Below, piece after piece: positions 50,210-59,255 of a stretch of 64,000 bases of DNA. Every line of letters begins with the position of its first letter. Position 1 is the stretch's first letter. The stretch is from an uncultured euryarchaeote (GTDB taxonomy: Archaea; Thermoplasmatota; Poseidoniia; Poseidoniales; Poseidoniaceae). The stretch lies in the NCBI GenBank assembly GCA_937894115.1, contig CALBFP010000001.1, positions 14,245 to 78,244 of the forward strand, given 5' to 3'. The notes under the pieces were generated by a model. The model saw only the letters and a program-made list of their open reading frames with translations, was not told where the DNA came from and searched no databases. The position numbers and the translations under genes are program-made.

Positions 50210-52063
50210 ATGACGGAAGAATACACAAAGCACGAGTACGACGTTGTCGTTATCGGTGCAGGCGGTGCAGGTCTTCGTGCTGCCATTGAGGCTGCTCGAT
50301 GCGGTGCAAAAACTGCGATTATCACAAAATCTCTCCTCGGTAAAGCGCACACGGTAATGGCCGAAGGCGGTTGTGCAGCTGCGTTGCAAAACGCCGATCC
50401 ACGAGATGGATGGAAGGTTCACTTTCATGACACGATGAAAGGAAGCAAATGGCTCGCCGATTGGCGAATGGCAGAATTTCATGCAAAGGAAGCCCCCGAT
50501 CGCGTTCGTGAGTTGGAACAATGGGGTGCAGTGTTTGATCGGACTCCTAAATTACTCATCAATCAACGAAACTTTGGTGGCCACACCTTCCCGCGACTGG
50601 CTCACGTCGGCGATGCAACCGGTCTTGAAATAATTCGAACACTCCAAGAGCGAGGAATTCATGAAGGCATTGATATTTTCATGGAATACACAGTGCGCCA
50701 TCTCCTCAAGGAAGGCGATCGTGTCACGGGCTGTGTTGCTTACACACGAGTTGATGGGGACTTCCATGCATTTTCAGCAAAATCGGTTGTTCTCGCAACG
50801 GGCGGTTGTACACGGTGTTGGAGCGTTTGTTCTGGATCATGGGAATACACTGGCGATGGTCACGCGTTGGCTCTTTGGGCCGGCGCTGAACTTCGCGACA
50901 TGGAATTTGTTCAATTCCATCCAACAGGAATGGTCTGGCCTCCTTCCGTTCGAGGAATTCTCGTTACTGAGGGTGTACGTGGCGAAGGAGGACGCCTAAC
51001 CAACAGTGAGGATGAACGGTTCATGTTCAACTACGTCCCAGAAATGTTCCAAGGAGACCATGCGGAATCCATCGAAGAGGCAGATCAATGGGTCGAAGAA
51101 GTTGTTAGTGGAAAACTTGCTACCGTCCGACGTCCTCCTGAGCTTTTGACCCGTGACGTGGTCGCGAAAGCGATCAAGGCCGAGGTGGAAGCAGGAAGAG
51201 GTTCACCTCACGGCGGCGCTTTCCTCGATATTTCACACCGTGGTGAGGAAGCCATCAAAAAGAAGCTGCCGTCTATGTACCACCAATTCATGGAGTTGGC
51301 AGGAGTTGACATTACCAAAGATGCGATGGAGGTTGGTCCAACGGCCCACTACATAATGGGAGGCATACGTGTGGATGCTGAATCACAAGAAACCACTGTG
51401 CCGTGCCTCTATGCTTGCGGTGAAGCTGCCTCTGGACTGCATGGAGCCAATCGACTTGGAGGAAATTCACTCTCAGATCTCATCACATTCGGTAAGCGAG
51501 CAGGAGAATATGCTGCGAAACGCTCGTACAGTCTCGCCCAACCAAGCATCGATGACAAACAGGTGATGAAGGCCATCGATGATATGATTGCTCCTTTCGC
51601 AAGGGAAGGTGGAGAGAACCCAGGCAGGATTTACGACGAGATGCGAGAAATGATGCAACACAAGGTTGGAATCATTCGAGTAAAGCATGAACTTGAAGAA
51701 GCGCTTGAAGATCTTACAGAATTCAAAGAGCGAGCGATGATTTCGTTCCCTGGCACAAGTCGGCGCTACAACTCAGGATGGCATCAAGCCTTGGACTTGA
51801 TCAACATGGCCGACATATCACATGCATGCGCTCTTGCAGCGTTGACACGCGAAGAGAGTCGTGGAGGCCATACCCGAGAAGACATGCCAACACCCGAAGA
51901 CGAATATTGGGGAAAAACGATTAACATCATATGGATGGAACAAGGTGAAATCAAGATACGGCAGGAGCCTGTTGAGGAAATGCGAGAGGACCTACAAGGT
52001 GCAATTAAAGAAGTAAAAGCCATGATTGCAGAGCGTGCCAAAGAACAAGGAGGTGATGATTGA
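50210..52063 (+). CDS. sdhA: succinate dehydrogenase/fumarate reductase flavoprotein subunit
   Basis: GAGGAG, AHTVMAEGG (covalent FAD His), QFHPTG, TEGVRGEGG, HY.MGG, HGANRLGGNSL, ESRGGH. Confidence 0.96.
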   Translation: MTEEYTKHEYDVVVIGAGGAGLRAAIEAARCGAKTAIITKSLLGKAHTVMAEGGCAAALQNADPRDGWKVHFHDTMKGSKWLADWRMAEFHAKEAPDRVRELEQWGAVFDRTPKLLINQRNFGGHTFPRLAHVGDATGLEIIRTLQERGIHEGIDIFMEYTVRHLLKEGDRVTGCVAYTRVDGDFHAFSAKSVVLATGGCTRCWSVCSGSWEYTGDGHALALWAGAELRDMEFVQFHPTGMVWPPSVRGILVTEGVRGEGGRLTNSEDERFMFNYVPEMFQGDHAESIEEADQWVEEVVSGKLATVRRPPELLTRDVVAKAIKAEVEAGRGSPHGGAFLDISHRGEEAIKKKLPSMYHQFMELAGVDITKDAMEVGPTAHYIMGGIRVDAESQETTVPCLYACGEAASGLHGANRLGGNSLSDLITFGKRAGEYAAKRSYSLAQPSIDDKQVMKAIDDMIAPFAREGGENPGRIYDEMREMMQHKVGIIRVKHELEEALEDLTEFKERAMISFPGTSRRYNSGWHQALDLINMADISHACALAALTREESRGGHTREDMPTPEDEYWGKTINIIWMEQGEIKIRQEPVEEMREDLQGAIKEVKAMIAERAKEQGGDD

Positions 52064-52830
52064 TGTCTTTGAAAGGGAAAAAGCAAGCCTTCAAGCTCGC
52101 CCGGGGTGAGGATGGAAACACCGATCTTGAGGAGTACGAAATTACACTTGACGAAGGTATGGTCGTTCTTGACTGCATGCATCGAATTCAACACGAACAG
52201 GAGCCTGACATGGCTGTTCGCTGGAACTGTAAAGCAGGAAAATGTGGATCGTGTTCTGCAGAAATCAACGGGCGACCGCGATTAATGTGCATGACTCGAA
52301 TGAGCGATGTTGTTGCTGAAACACCCGAAGGAAAACCGATTGAAATTCGACCGATGAAGACGTTCCCTCACATCAAAGATTTGGTTACGGACGTATCGTG
52401 GAACTACGAGGTAGCCCAACGTATCGCACCAATCGATGGCCCAGAAAGCATGGATTGGGAATTCAATCAAATGGAAGCGGACCGAGTACAGCACTTCCGT
52501 GAGTGCATTGAATGCTTCCTTTGTGTTAACACATGTCACGTTCTTCGCGATCACGAAATGTTCGATGAGTTCGCCGGACCTCGTAACCTAGTCCGTCTCG
52601 CTCAATACGAAATGCACCCACTCGATACTGAAGACCGAATACCCGAAATCAAGAAGGAATTTGGTGTTGAATATTGCAACATCACTCGGTGTTGCACCGA
52701 AGTGTGTCCTGCTGGAATTCAAATAACCGACAATGCGATCATCCAACTGAAGGAACGTGTTGTCGACCGCTACTACGATCCACTTCAACGTATATGGAGA
52801 ACAATAACTCGACAGAAAGTACGGTATTGA
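52063..52830 (+). CDS. sdhB: succinate dehydrogenase iron-sulfur subunit
   Basis: CKAGKCGSC...C, CIECFLCVNTC, CNITRCCTEVCP. Confidence 0.95.
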   Translation: MSLKGKKQAFKLARGEDGNTDLEEYEITLDEGMVVLDCMHRIQHEQEPDMAVRWNCKAGKCGSCSAEINGRPRLMCMTRMSDVVAETPEGKPIEIRPMKTFPHIKDLVTDVSWNYEVAQRIAPIDGPESMDWEFNQMEADRVQHFRECIECFLCVNTCHVLRDHEMFDEFAGPRNLVRLAQYEMHPLDTEDRIPEIKKEFGVEYCNITRCCTEVCPAGIQITDNAIIQLKERVVDRYYDPLQRIWRTITRQKVRY

Positions 52831-52875
52831 CGCCATCAAAGTGATTCAACATCGATACGTTAAATTGGGATTTTC

Positions 52876-53523
52876 ATGACGTTTTGGCACAAACGATGGC
52901 AAACCGAGCAAATCGGATGGCATCGAGATTCATTCAACGACATGTTGACGAAACACTGGGGTAACACCAACGCAGCGAAAGGATGCGAAGTATTCGTTCC
53001 CTTGTGCGGTAAATCGCTTGACATGGTTTGGCTTGCAAACAAAGGACACAGTGTTATCGGGATGGAATTTGTTTCCGATGCCATTCAGGCATTTTTCGAA
53101 GAAAATCGTCTTACTCCAGTGACGACCGTTAATGGGAACTATACTCAACACCAGAGCAAACCGTTCACGATCCTCGAAGGCGACATCTTTGAACTCGAAA
53201 CAAATGTTGTGCAAGCTGATGCTTGGTTCGACCGCGCAGCGATGGTTGCCATAGAACCAAGCCTCAGGAAAGCCTACGTCGACCAGCTTCGTAAAGCGAC
53301 CAAGAACGATGCCGTAGGGCTTATGATTACTTACACAAATCCACAACAAGGAATGGATGGGCCACCCTACTCGCTTACAGATGAGGATGTTGCAAAACTA
53401 TTCTCAGAAGGATTTGAATGGAAATGTCTTGAGAAAATAAGTCTCGATCCTTCCAATGAATCGGACCCAAATAGCCCAACTTCGACGGTATTCGAGATTC
53501 GGCGGGCTCCGAGAATTACGTAG
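52876..53523 (+). CDS. tpm: thiopurine S-methyltransferase family protein
   Basis: FW..RW....IGWH, VFVPLCGKSLDM.WLA..G..V.G.E, GDIF, DRAA.VA, GPP.S. Confidence 0.9.
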   Translation: MTFWHKRWQTEQIGWHRDSFNDMLTKHWGNTNAAKGCEVFVPLCGKSLDMVWLANKGHSVIGMEFVSDAIQAFFEENRLTPVTTVNGNYTQHQSKPFTILEGDIFELETNVVQADAWFDRAAMVAIEPSLRKAYVDQLRKATKNDAVGLMITYTNPQQGMDGPPYSLTDEDVAKLFSEGFEWKCLEKISLDPSNESDPNSPTSTVFEIRRAPRIT

Positions 53524-53557
53524 CCAACACGAGAATGAATGCTTGTGTTTGTTTCAA

Positions 53558-53577
53558 AACCTGCATTCCTGCAGGTT
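53558..53577. terminator. perfect hairpin between convergent genes (possible terminator)
   Basis: AACCTGCA-TTCC-TGCAGGTT, with a T6 run about 10 nt downstream. Confidence 0.35.
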
Positions 53578-53616
53578 CATCACCTCGTTTTTTGGCAACC
53601 TTAAGCAATTCAACAA

Positions 53617-56583
53617 TTACTCTTCATCCATCGTTCGTCGAGCGAAGGTTGACGCCAAGAGTACACCAAGAACGGTGAAGACGAAGCCGATACTTGGTAT
53701 GGAGTCGTCGTCATCGTCGTCTTCTTCAGGCTCTGCCTCAGCCTCGGGGTTTCCATCGCAAGGAATCCAATGTCCATCATCGGTACCGGGTTCTATTACC
53801 CCGGTCAGGCCGCCGCCTTCAGAGATGTACAATGCACCAGAACCTGCAGGCCATTCCACAACGTAATTTCCAGGATAGAATGTCGACGTGTTGTCCCAAA
53901 CAGGCTCGCCATTAGCTACCCATGTCTCCTTACATGGACAACTGTAAGGCTTCCAGAATTCATCCGCACCACCATCCATTATAGGGTCTGCAACCCAGTC
54001 AGGACCACCGTATAAATCGTCGTGAATGAATATAATTTCGTGATAAATTCCTGAATTAGCAGGGTATTCGTAGATATCTCCGACCACTGGAGTTGTTGTG
54101 TTATCCCAAACAGGCACATCTAGACCTTCACAAGGTCCTGGGCTTGGTCCGTTACCGTTACAAAGGACCCAGTGAATGTCAACTCCTGGCTCTCCTGCTC
54201 CGGTAGTGACCCCTCCAGATTCAAGTGGGATGTACAAATTACCAGATCCTGCTGGGTGCTCAACAACATAATCGCCAGGGTAGGCGGTTCCAGCAACCCA
54301 GACAGGTTGTCCGTTAGCTGCCCATGTTTCCTTGCATGGGCAATCGATTGGTGACCAAACATCCATGTCCACATCTGGTGCATTGACATTGGTGAACGGA
54401 CCTCCTTGATTGACCTGATAATAATTCTGAGAACCTAATGGGTACTCGTAAATTTCACCTGAAGCGACCACCGTTGACGAAGTCCAAACTCCGATAACAT
54501 CCAATCCAGCACAAGGGTTCGAATAAGGCATGTTTGTTCCAGGACAGTGTTTCCAAGAATCGGAGGTAAGTGATGGTTCGTCGTTGCTGGTATTGTCGAT
54601 TGCAATCCATAGTGTATCTGAGCCTGCTGGCCATTCGACTACTTCGTCTAGCCAGTACATAACGGAAATATCCCAAACCGGTTGGCCATTGGCAACCCAT
54701 GTCTCCTTACATGGGCAATTAATTGGAGACCAAACATCCATATCGATATCAGGTGCACTTACACTCCAAAACGGACTTCCTGGGTTGACCACATAATAGG
54801 TGTGTGATCCGGCTGGATACTCGTACACATCGCCTGAAGTTACGTTCGTTCCCGAAGACCATACTCCTACGACATTTAGACCGGCACACGGTCCTCCTGA
54901 TGGTGTATCTGAGTCGCCGCAACTTTCCCAAGAGAGGTCAGCGGAGGAGGGTTCTGCACCGTAAAATTGGGTATCCAATGCAATCCAAAGTTGATTGGAA
55001 CCGGGCGGCCACTCAACAACATCATTGAGGTAGTAAACTGTTGAATTATCCCAAACAGGTTCACCAGCATTCATCCAAATTTCTTCGCATGGACAATCGA
55101 CCTCTGCCCACACGTCCAAATCAACGGTTGGTGACAAGACCTCTTGGTCCACATATCCCTGTATAATAACCTCGTAATATGTTTGTGAGCCAGCAGGGTA
55201 TTCGTAGATTTCACCTGTTGATACTCGAGCATTGCTGTACCACGGACCAACGGAGTCCATACCTCCACATGGTCCTGTAGTTGTGTTGTCTTCAGAGCCG
55301 CAAAGCTCCCATTGATTGCCGTCAGCGAAAGGCTGGTCGGGGGTAACTCCAGTCGTGGTTTGATTGACAATGGCCATCCAAAGGGCGTTTGATCCTGTCG
55401 GATATTCAACAATGGCTCCAACGTTGTAAACGGTGTTTGAGTCCCATGCTGGACTTGAGGCCTCCATCCATATATCTTTACAGGTGCAGTGTTTTTCAGA
55501 CCATGCGTCGCCATCTACTCCAGGTGCGCCGACAATCTGATTGTTGATTCCAACCGAGACCTGATAAAATTCTCCTGAGCCTGCAGGGTATTCAAAAATC
55601 TGTCCTTCAGAAACAGCAATCATAGCGTCCCAAGCTATACCCCCATTACCATCGAAGTCAGCGCAAAGTGAACCTGAGGGTTCCTCTCCGTTGCAATTTC
55701 TCCAAAGGTAAGAACCGTTTGCGCTTCCGGGCTCAATTCCCGTCCCATGATCATATGAAATGTAGAGGTTGTTTGAACCAGCAGGCCACTCGACAACCGC
55801 ATTTTGCAAATATTCAACAGTGGAGTCCCAAAGCGGTTCACCACTATCGACCCAAATGTCTCTACAGCTGCAATCTAAGGGCTCTCCCCAAGCATCCAAA
55901 TCTTGTCCAGGCTCACCAACGGTTTGATTGTACATACCTACTCCAACCACGGTGTAATAGTGTCCTGAGTTTGCTGGGTATTCGTATATCTCTCCTTCAG
56001 TTACAAGCGACGAAGTTTCCCAAACCATGGTTGAAACATTAACAATGGAGAAGCATGAGGTAGCGCACAAGACCCAGATGTCTGTACCTTCTTCTGGCAC
56101 ATCTCCTGCGGTGGTACCAGCATCTTGAACAATCCAAATTCCAGCGTTGTACTCGAGAATTTGCCACGGATTGTATGCAGTGTTCGCATCCCAGTTAATT
56201 CCACTCTCCTCAGCAATCTCTTCGCATGAGCACGGTCCAATCCATTTACCGGACGATTCTGGTTGAGCCGTTGGTCCGCTGGTTGTACTCTGCCAGAAAT
56301 GACCAGAGTTGGCAGGGTATTCGTAGATGTCTCCAACATTGGCGTCAGTGCCATTCGTCCAAACCGGACCCCCCAATCCATCAGCCATGTTTGTAAAATT
56401 ACAGTTTGGGTTGTCACCGTCATCAGAACCGGCCATTTGGTGAGAGTCTCGAGCCGATGTTTGTAGGGACTCTTGATCGTCCACAAAATTTGGCTCGATT
56501 GATTGGTCACTCAAATCAATGGTATTCACTGTAACTTGAGTGGCTAGGGTTGCGATGATTATCCAGATAATTAAATTGCGCAT
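53617..56583 (-). CDS. cell-surface repeat protein with 14 CBM5/12-like modules and a PGF-CTERM-like anchor
   Basis: Signal peptide; seven ~125-aa units, each C..W...G.IYEYPA.S..YY...W..CxC..W..G.P.WD....Y....VVEWP.GS..L[WY]...W..C; acidic linker, IPSIG, TM, RR. Confidence 0.8.
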   Translation of the reverse strand: MRNLIIWIIIATLATQVTVNTIDLSDQSIEPNFVDDQESLQTSARDSHQMAGSDDGDNPNCNFTNMADGLGGPVWTNGTDANVGDIYEYPANSGHFWQSTTSGPTAQPESSGKWIGPCSCEEIAEESGINWDANTAYNPWQILEYNAGIWIVQDAGTTAGDVPEEGTDIWVLCATSCFSIVNVSTMVWETSSLVTEGEIYEYPANSGHYYTVVGVGMYNQTVGEPGQDLDAWGEPLDCSCRDIWVDSGEPLWDSTVEYLQNAVVEWPAGSNNLYISYDHGTGIEPGSANGSYLWRNCNGEEPSGSLCADFDGNGGIAWDAMIAVSEGQIFEYPAGSGEFYQVSVGINNQIVGAPGVDGDAWSEKHCTCKDIWMEASSPAWDSNTVYNVGAIVEYPTGSNALWMAIVNQTTTGVTPDQPFADGNQWELCGSEDNTTTGPCGGMDSVGPWYSNARVSTGEIYEYPAGSQTYYEVIIQGYVDQEVLSPTVDLDVWAEVDCPCEEIWMNAGEPVWDNSTVYYLNDVVEWPPGSNQLWIALDTQFYGAEPSSADLSWESCGDSDTPSGGPCAGLNVVGVWSSGTNVTSGDVYEYPAGSHTYYVVNPGSPFWSVSAPDIDMDVWSPINCPCKETWVANGQPVWDISVMYWLDEVVEWPAGSDTLWIAIDNTSNDEPSLTSDSWKHCPGTNMPYSNPCAGLDVIGVWTSSTVVASGEIYEYPLGSQNYYQVNQGGPFTNVNAPDVDMDVWSPIDCPCKETWAANGQPVWVAGTAYPGDYVVEHPAGSGNLYIPLESGGVTTGAGEPGVDIHWVLCNGNGPSPGPCEGLDVPVWDNTTTPVVGDIYEYPANSGIYHEIIFIHDDLYGGPDWVADPIMDGGADEFWKPYSCPCKETWVANGEPVWDNTSTFYPGNYVVEWPAGSGALYISEGGGLTGVIEPGTDDGHWIPCDGNPEAEAEPEEDDDDDDSIPSIGFVFTVLGVLLASTFARRTMDEE
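53760..56405 (-). repeat. degenerate intragenic tandem repeat, 7 units of ~375 bp
   Basis: DNA identity persists between late units, e.g. CCCATGT[C/T]TCCTT[A/G]CATGG[A/G]CAA near 53919, 54321 and 54636. Confidence 0.8.
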
Positions 56584-56660
56584 GAATTAACTTGAGACTG
56601 CAGATTATATATTCTTATTGCCAAAAGACCAACCAACATGTCTTGTCATGCAGGATGTGT

Positions 56661-57851
56661 CTAGGATTGGGCAGATCGGACGTAATCATCGTTGTCAATG
56701 GGAACCCAAACGTTGGTTTTGTCTTCGTTTTGAATTTCAACACGGTAGGGATTTCCTTGGTCCCAAGTCTTGAGGATGCGTCCTTCTGTGAACTCGCCAA
56801 TGTTAGCAAAAACTGCGTCGCCTTCTTTGAATCGAAGTTCCTCCGCACGGCACTCCATTAATCCATTTTGGAGTGCATCATGGTCGAGGTCGCGACCAAT
56901 GAACACAAAGCGGCATTCACGGGTTTCGCCTTCCTTCCATAGGCCAATATCATCGCTAAAATCACCGCCGAAGAGCATGTGGACACCTTGGAACACGTAC
57001 TTTCGATCGATACCTTTGACGGCGAGTACCCCTTTGTATCGGAACAAGTTTTCGCCATGGTCTTGAATCAGACTACCAATGTAACGTTCGAGTTTGTTAA
57101 CGTTGAGCTCCCCCTCGAACTTCATGCTTGTGGATGTGACGCGGTCATCGTGTTCATGCTCTGCTGATGTATCCAAGAACTCAGGATCCATCTCAAGAGT
57201 CTTTTCCAAGTCGAACGCTCCGATGTTGATGAGCTCCTTTGGATCGATAACGCTGTTTTCCGTATGAAAAATCGGAGCAAAGGCGTTGATGGATTTTACA
57301 CGATTCTCAACGCTACTGAGCTCCTCGCCACTAACCAAATCAATTTTGTTGAGCATGATGCGGTCTGCAAAAGCAAGTTGTTCAACGGATTCGTTTTCGA
57401 CGCCTTCTGGCTTTTCTTCATCGAGGTGCCGAACGATATGTTTCGCATCGACAACGGTAATGATTCCGTCAAGACGATAGTTGCTTGAGATTCGTTCGTC
57501 TGCGAAGAACGTTTGGGCAACAGGAGCAGGATCTGCGAGTCCCGTTGTTTCGATAATTACGCCGTCAAAGTCCTTGATCCTCTCGTGCATGTCGTCGAGT
57601 AATTCGGTGAGATCGCCTCGAACTGTACAACAAATGCACCCATTCATTACCTCAATGATGCTTTCTTCCGAGGTTTCAACGAGAATGTTCTCATCAATCC
57701 CAACATCACCAAATTCGTTTTCGATGACTGCAAACTTCATTTTGTGTTCTGTATCTGTTAGGATGTGATTCAGAAGTGTTGTTTTCCCGGATCCTAAGAA
57801 TCCTGTCAGCACAGTTACGGGCAAGCGGTTTTCCTCGACGGTTTCATTCAT
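56661..57851 (-). CDS. COG0523/CobW-family G3E GTPase (metal chaperone) with an extra C-terminal domain
   Basis: TGFLGSGKTT, NEFG, GCICCTVRGDL (CxCC), ETTGLADP, NKID, RYKG, FQGVH, VFIGR.LD. Confidence 0.93.
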   Translation of the reverse strand: MNETVEENRLPVTVLTGFLGSGKTTLLNHILTDTEHKMKFAVIENEFGDVGIDENILVETSEESIIEVMNGCICCTVRGDLTELLDDMHERIKDFDGVIIETTGLADPAPVAQTFFADERISSNYRLDGIITVVDAKHIVRHLDEEKPEGVENESVEQLAFADRIMLNKIDLVSGEELSSVENRVKSINAFAPIFHTENSVIDPKELINIGAFDLEKTLEMDPEFLDTSAEHEHDDRVTSTSMKFEGELNVNKLERYIGSLIQDHGENLFRYKGVLAVKGIDRKYVFQGVHMLFGGDFSDDIGLWKEGETRECRFVFIGRDLDHDALQNGLMECRAEELRFKEGDAVFANIGEFTEGRILKTWDQGNPYRVEIQNEDKTNVWVPIDNDDYVRSAQS

Positions 57852-57866
57852 GTTGATCGGTTTGTT

Positions 57867-57880
57867 GCAAATGAATTTGC
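57867..57880. promoter_or_regulatory. palindromic operator between the TATA box and start of the COG0523 gene
   Basis: GCAAAT-GA-ATTTGC, 16-29 bp upstream of the ATG and adjacent to TTAAATA (minus strand 57881-57887). Confidence 0.5.
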
Positions 57881-57974
57881 TATTTAATCGATAGCATACA
57901 CCCTGTATTGCTCACGCTCCAAGCGATTAAAGTGAAACCGTTGGATTCATGAGCCGACTCTGCATCAGCAAATT

Positions 57975-59210
57975 ATGGCAGAAGGCCGGAAATGTGACCT
58001 GCTGATAATTGGCGCAGGTCCAGGAGGTGGTTCTGCCGCAATCCACGCCTCGCGTTTGGGCCTCTCAACCATCGTCGTCGAAGCTGATTCCGAGGTCGGT
58101 ACACCAGTACATTGCGGCGAGTGCCTTTCCGATCTGGCCGTTCAAAATCTAGATTTGCAAATCCCTGACCATGTCAAGGCTTTGGATGTGAAAGGTATTC
58201 GAGTGATTTTCCCTGGTGGCGAAAACAAACTCCTGACAGAACCTGGTTACGTTCTCGAGAAGCATTTGTTTGAACAATGGATGATGGATGAAGCGACAGC
58301 ACTTGGTGCCGAATTGTATCTCAAGCATCGAGTCACATCGATGAAGAGAATTTTCAATAGCGAAAATCAATTTTCCAATTGGATTATTGAAGGCAGAGGA
58401 AGTGAATTTCCAATTGAATGTTCTGCTGTTATCGATGCGTCAGGCGTTTCGGGAGCGGCCTCAAAACTTCTCAAAATGGGAACCGAAGTTGAACTCATCG
58501 CTGGTTTTCAGTACGAAGTGAACGACGTTCCTAACGATGGGTATCTTGACTTCTACATCTGGCCCAAATATTCCCCGCACGGCTATGTTTGGATGATTCC
58601 AAAAGAAGGGGAACGAGCCAACGTCGGTTTGGTTACATCGGACACAAAAGGCGCTGTCTCTCATTTGAATGCGTTTATTGAGGACACATACCTTGCTGGG
58701 AAACCAACAGTAAACCCTCCGTGGAGAAAAGAAGGTACGAAGGTGAAACCGTTTGGAGGATACATCCCCATATCGGGACCGAGAAGCAAAACCGTTGATG
58801 ACGGCCTGATTCTCGTTGGTGACGCTGCAGGGTTTACATCTCCGTTGTTTGAAGGTGGTTCGCATCTTGCGCTATGGTCCGGTAGAGAAGCAGCCCACGT
58901 ACTCTCAAAAGCAATGAACAACGGTGACGTTTCTGCTCAAGCGCTGTCGCCATACGAGCAAGCATGGAAATCTACATTTCCTCCATACAGTAAAATCCTG
59001 AAAGGAAAAGATGCATTGTACAACCTGTCCGACAAGGAAATGGCCGTTATGGCGAAATGCCTACCTGAAGAGCTTGGAAACATGAGTCCGTTGACAAAAC
59101 TCGGTATTGGTTTGAAGATTATGATCCGTAAACCAACACTGTTTTTCAAGCGCGTCATTTCCGTCCTTCTTTCATTTGGTTACAGCCGAGCGAAACACTT
59201 TGGCTGGTGA
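57975..59210 (+). CDS. geranylgeranyl reductase family flavoprotein (DGGR-like)
   Basis: IIGAGPGG, P.HCGE, IDASG, P.GYVWMIPK...ANVG, LVGDAAG...P...GG. Confidence 0.88.
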   Translation: MAEGRKCDLLIIGAGPGGGSAAIHASRLGLSTIVVEADSEVGTPVHCGECLSDLAVQNLDLQIPDHVKALDVKGIRVIFPGGENKLLTEPGYVLEKHLFEQWMMDEATALGAELYLKHRVTSMKRIFNSENQFSNWIIEGRGSEFPIECSAVIDASGVSGAASKLLKMGTEVELIAGFQYEVNDVPNDGYLDFYIWPKYSPHGYVWMIPKEGERANVGLVTSDTKGAVSHLNAFIEDTYLAGKPTVNPPWRKEGTKVKPFGGYIPISGPRSKTVDDGLILVGDAAGFTSPLFEGGSHLALWSGREAAHVLSKAMNNGDVSAQALSPYEQAWKSTFPPYSKILKGKDALYNLSDKEMAVMAKCLPEELGNMSPLTKLGIGLKIMIRKPTLFFKRVISVLLSFGYSRAKHFGW

Positions 59211-59255
59211 TGGACCAACGCAAAGCAATAACAAGGACGCGCACTTGGTAACATC

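Noticed and set aside
53760-56405. CRISPR-like or non-coding repeat array
   Set aside because: The repeats are long, degenerate and in frame within one ORF; there is no repeat-spacer structure and no cas gene.
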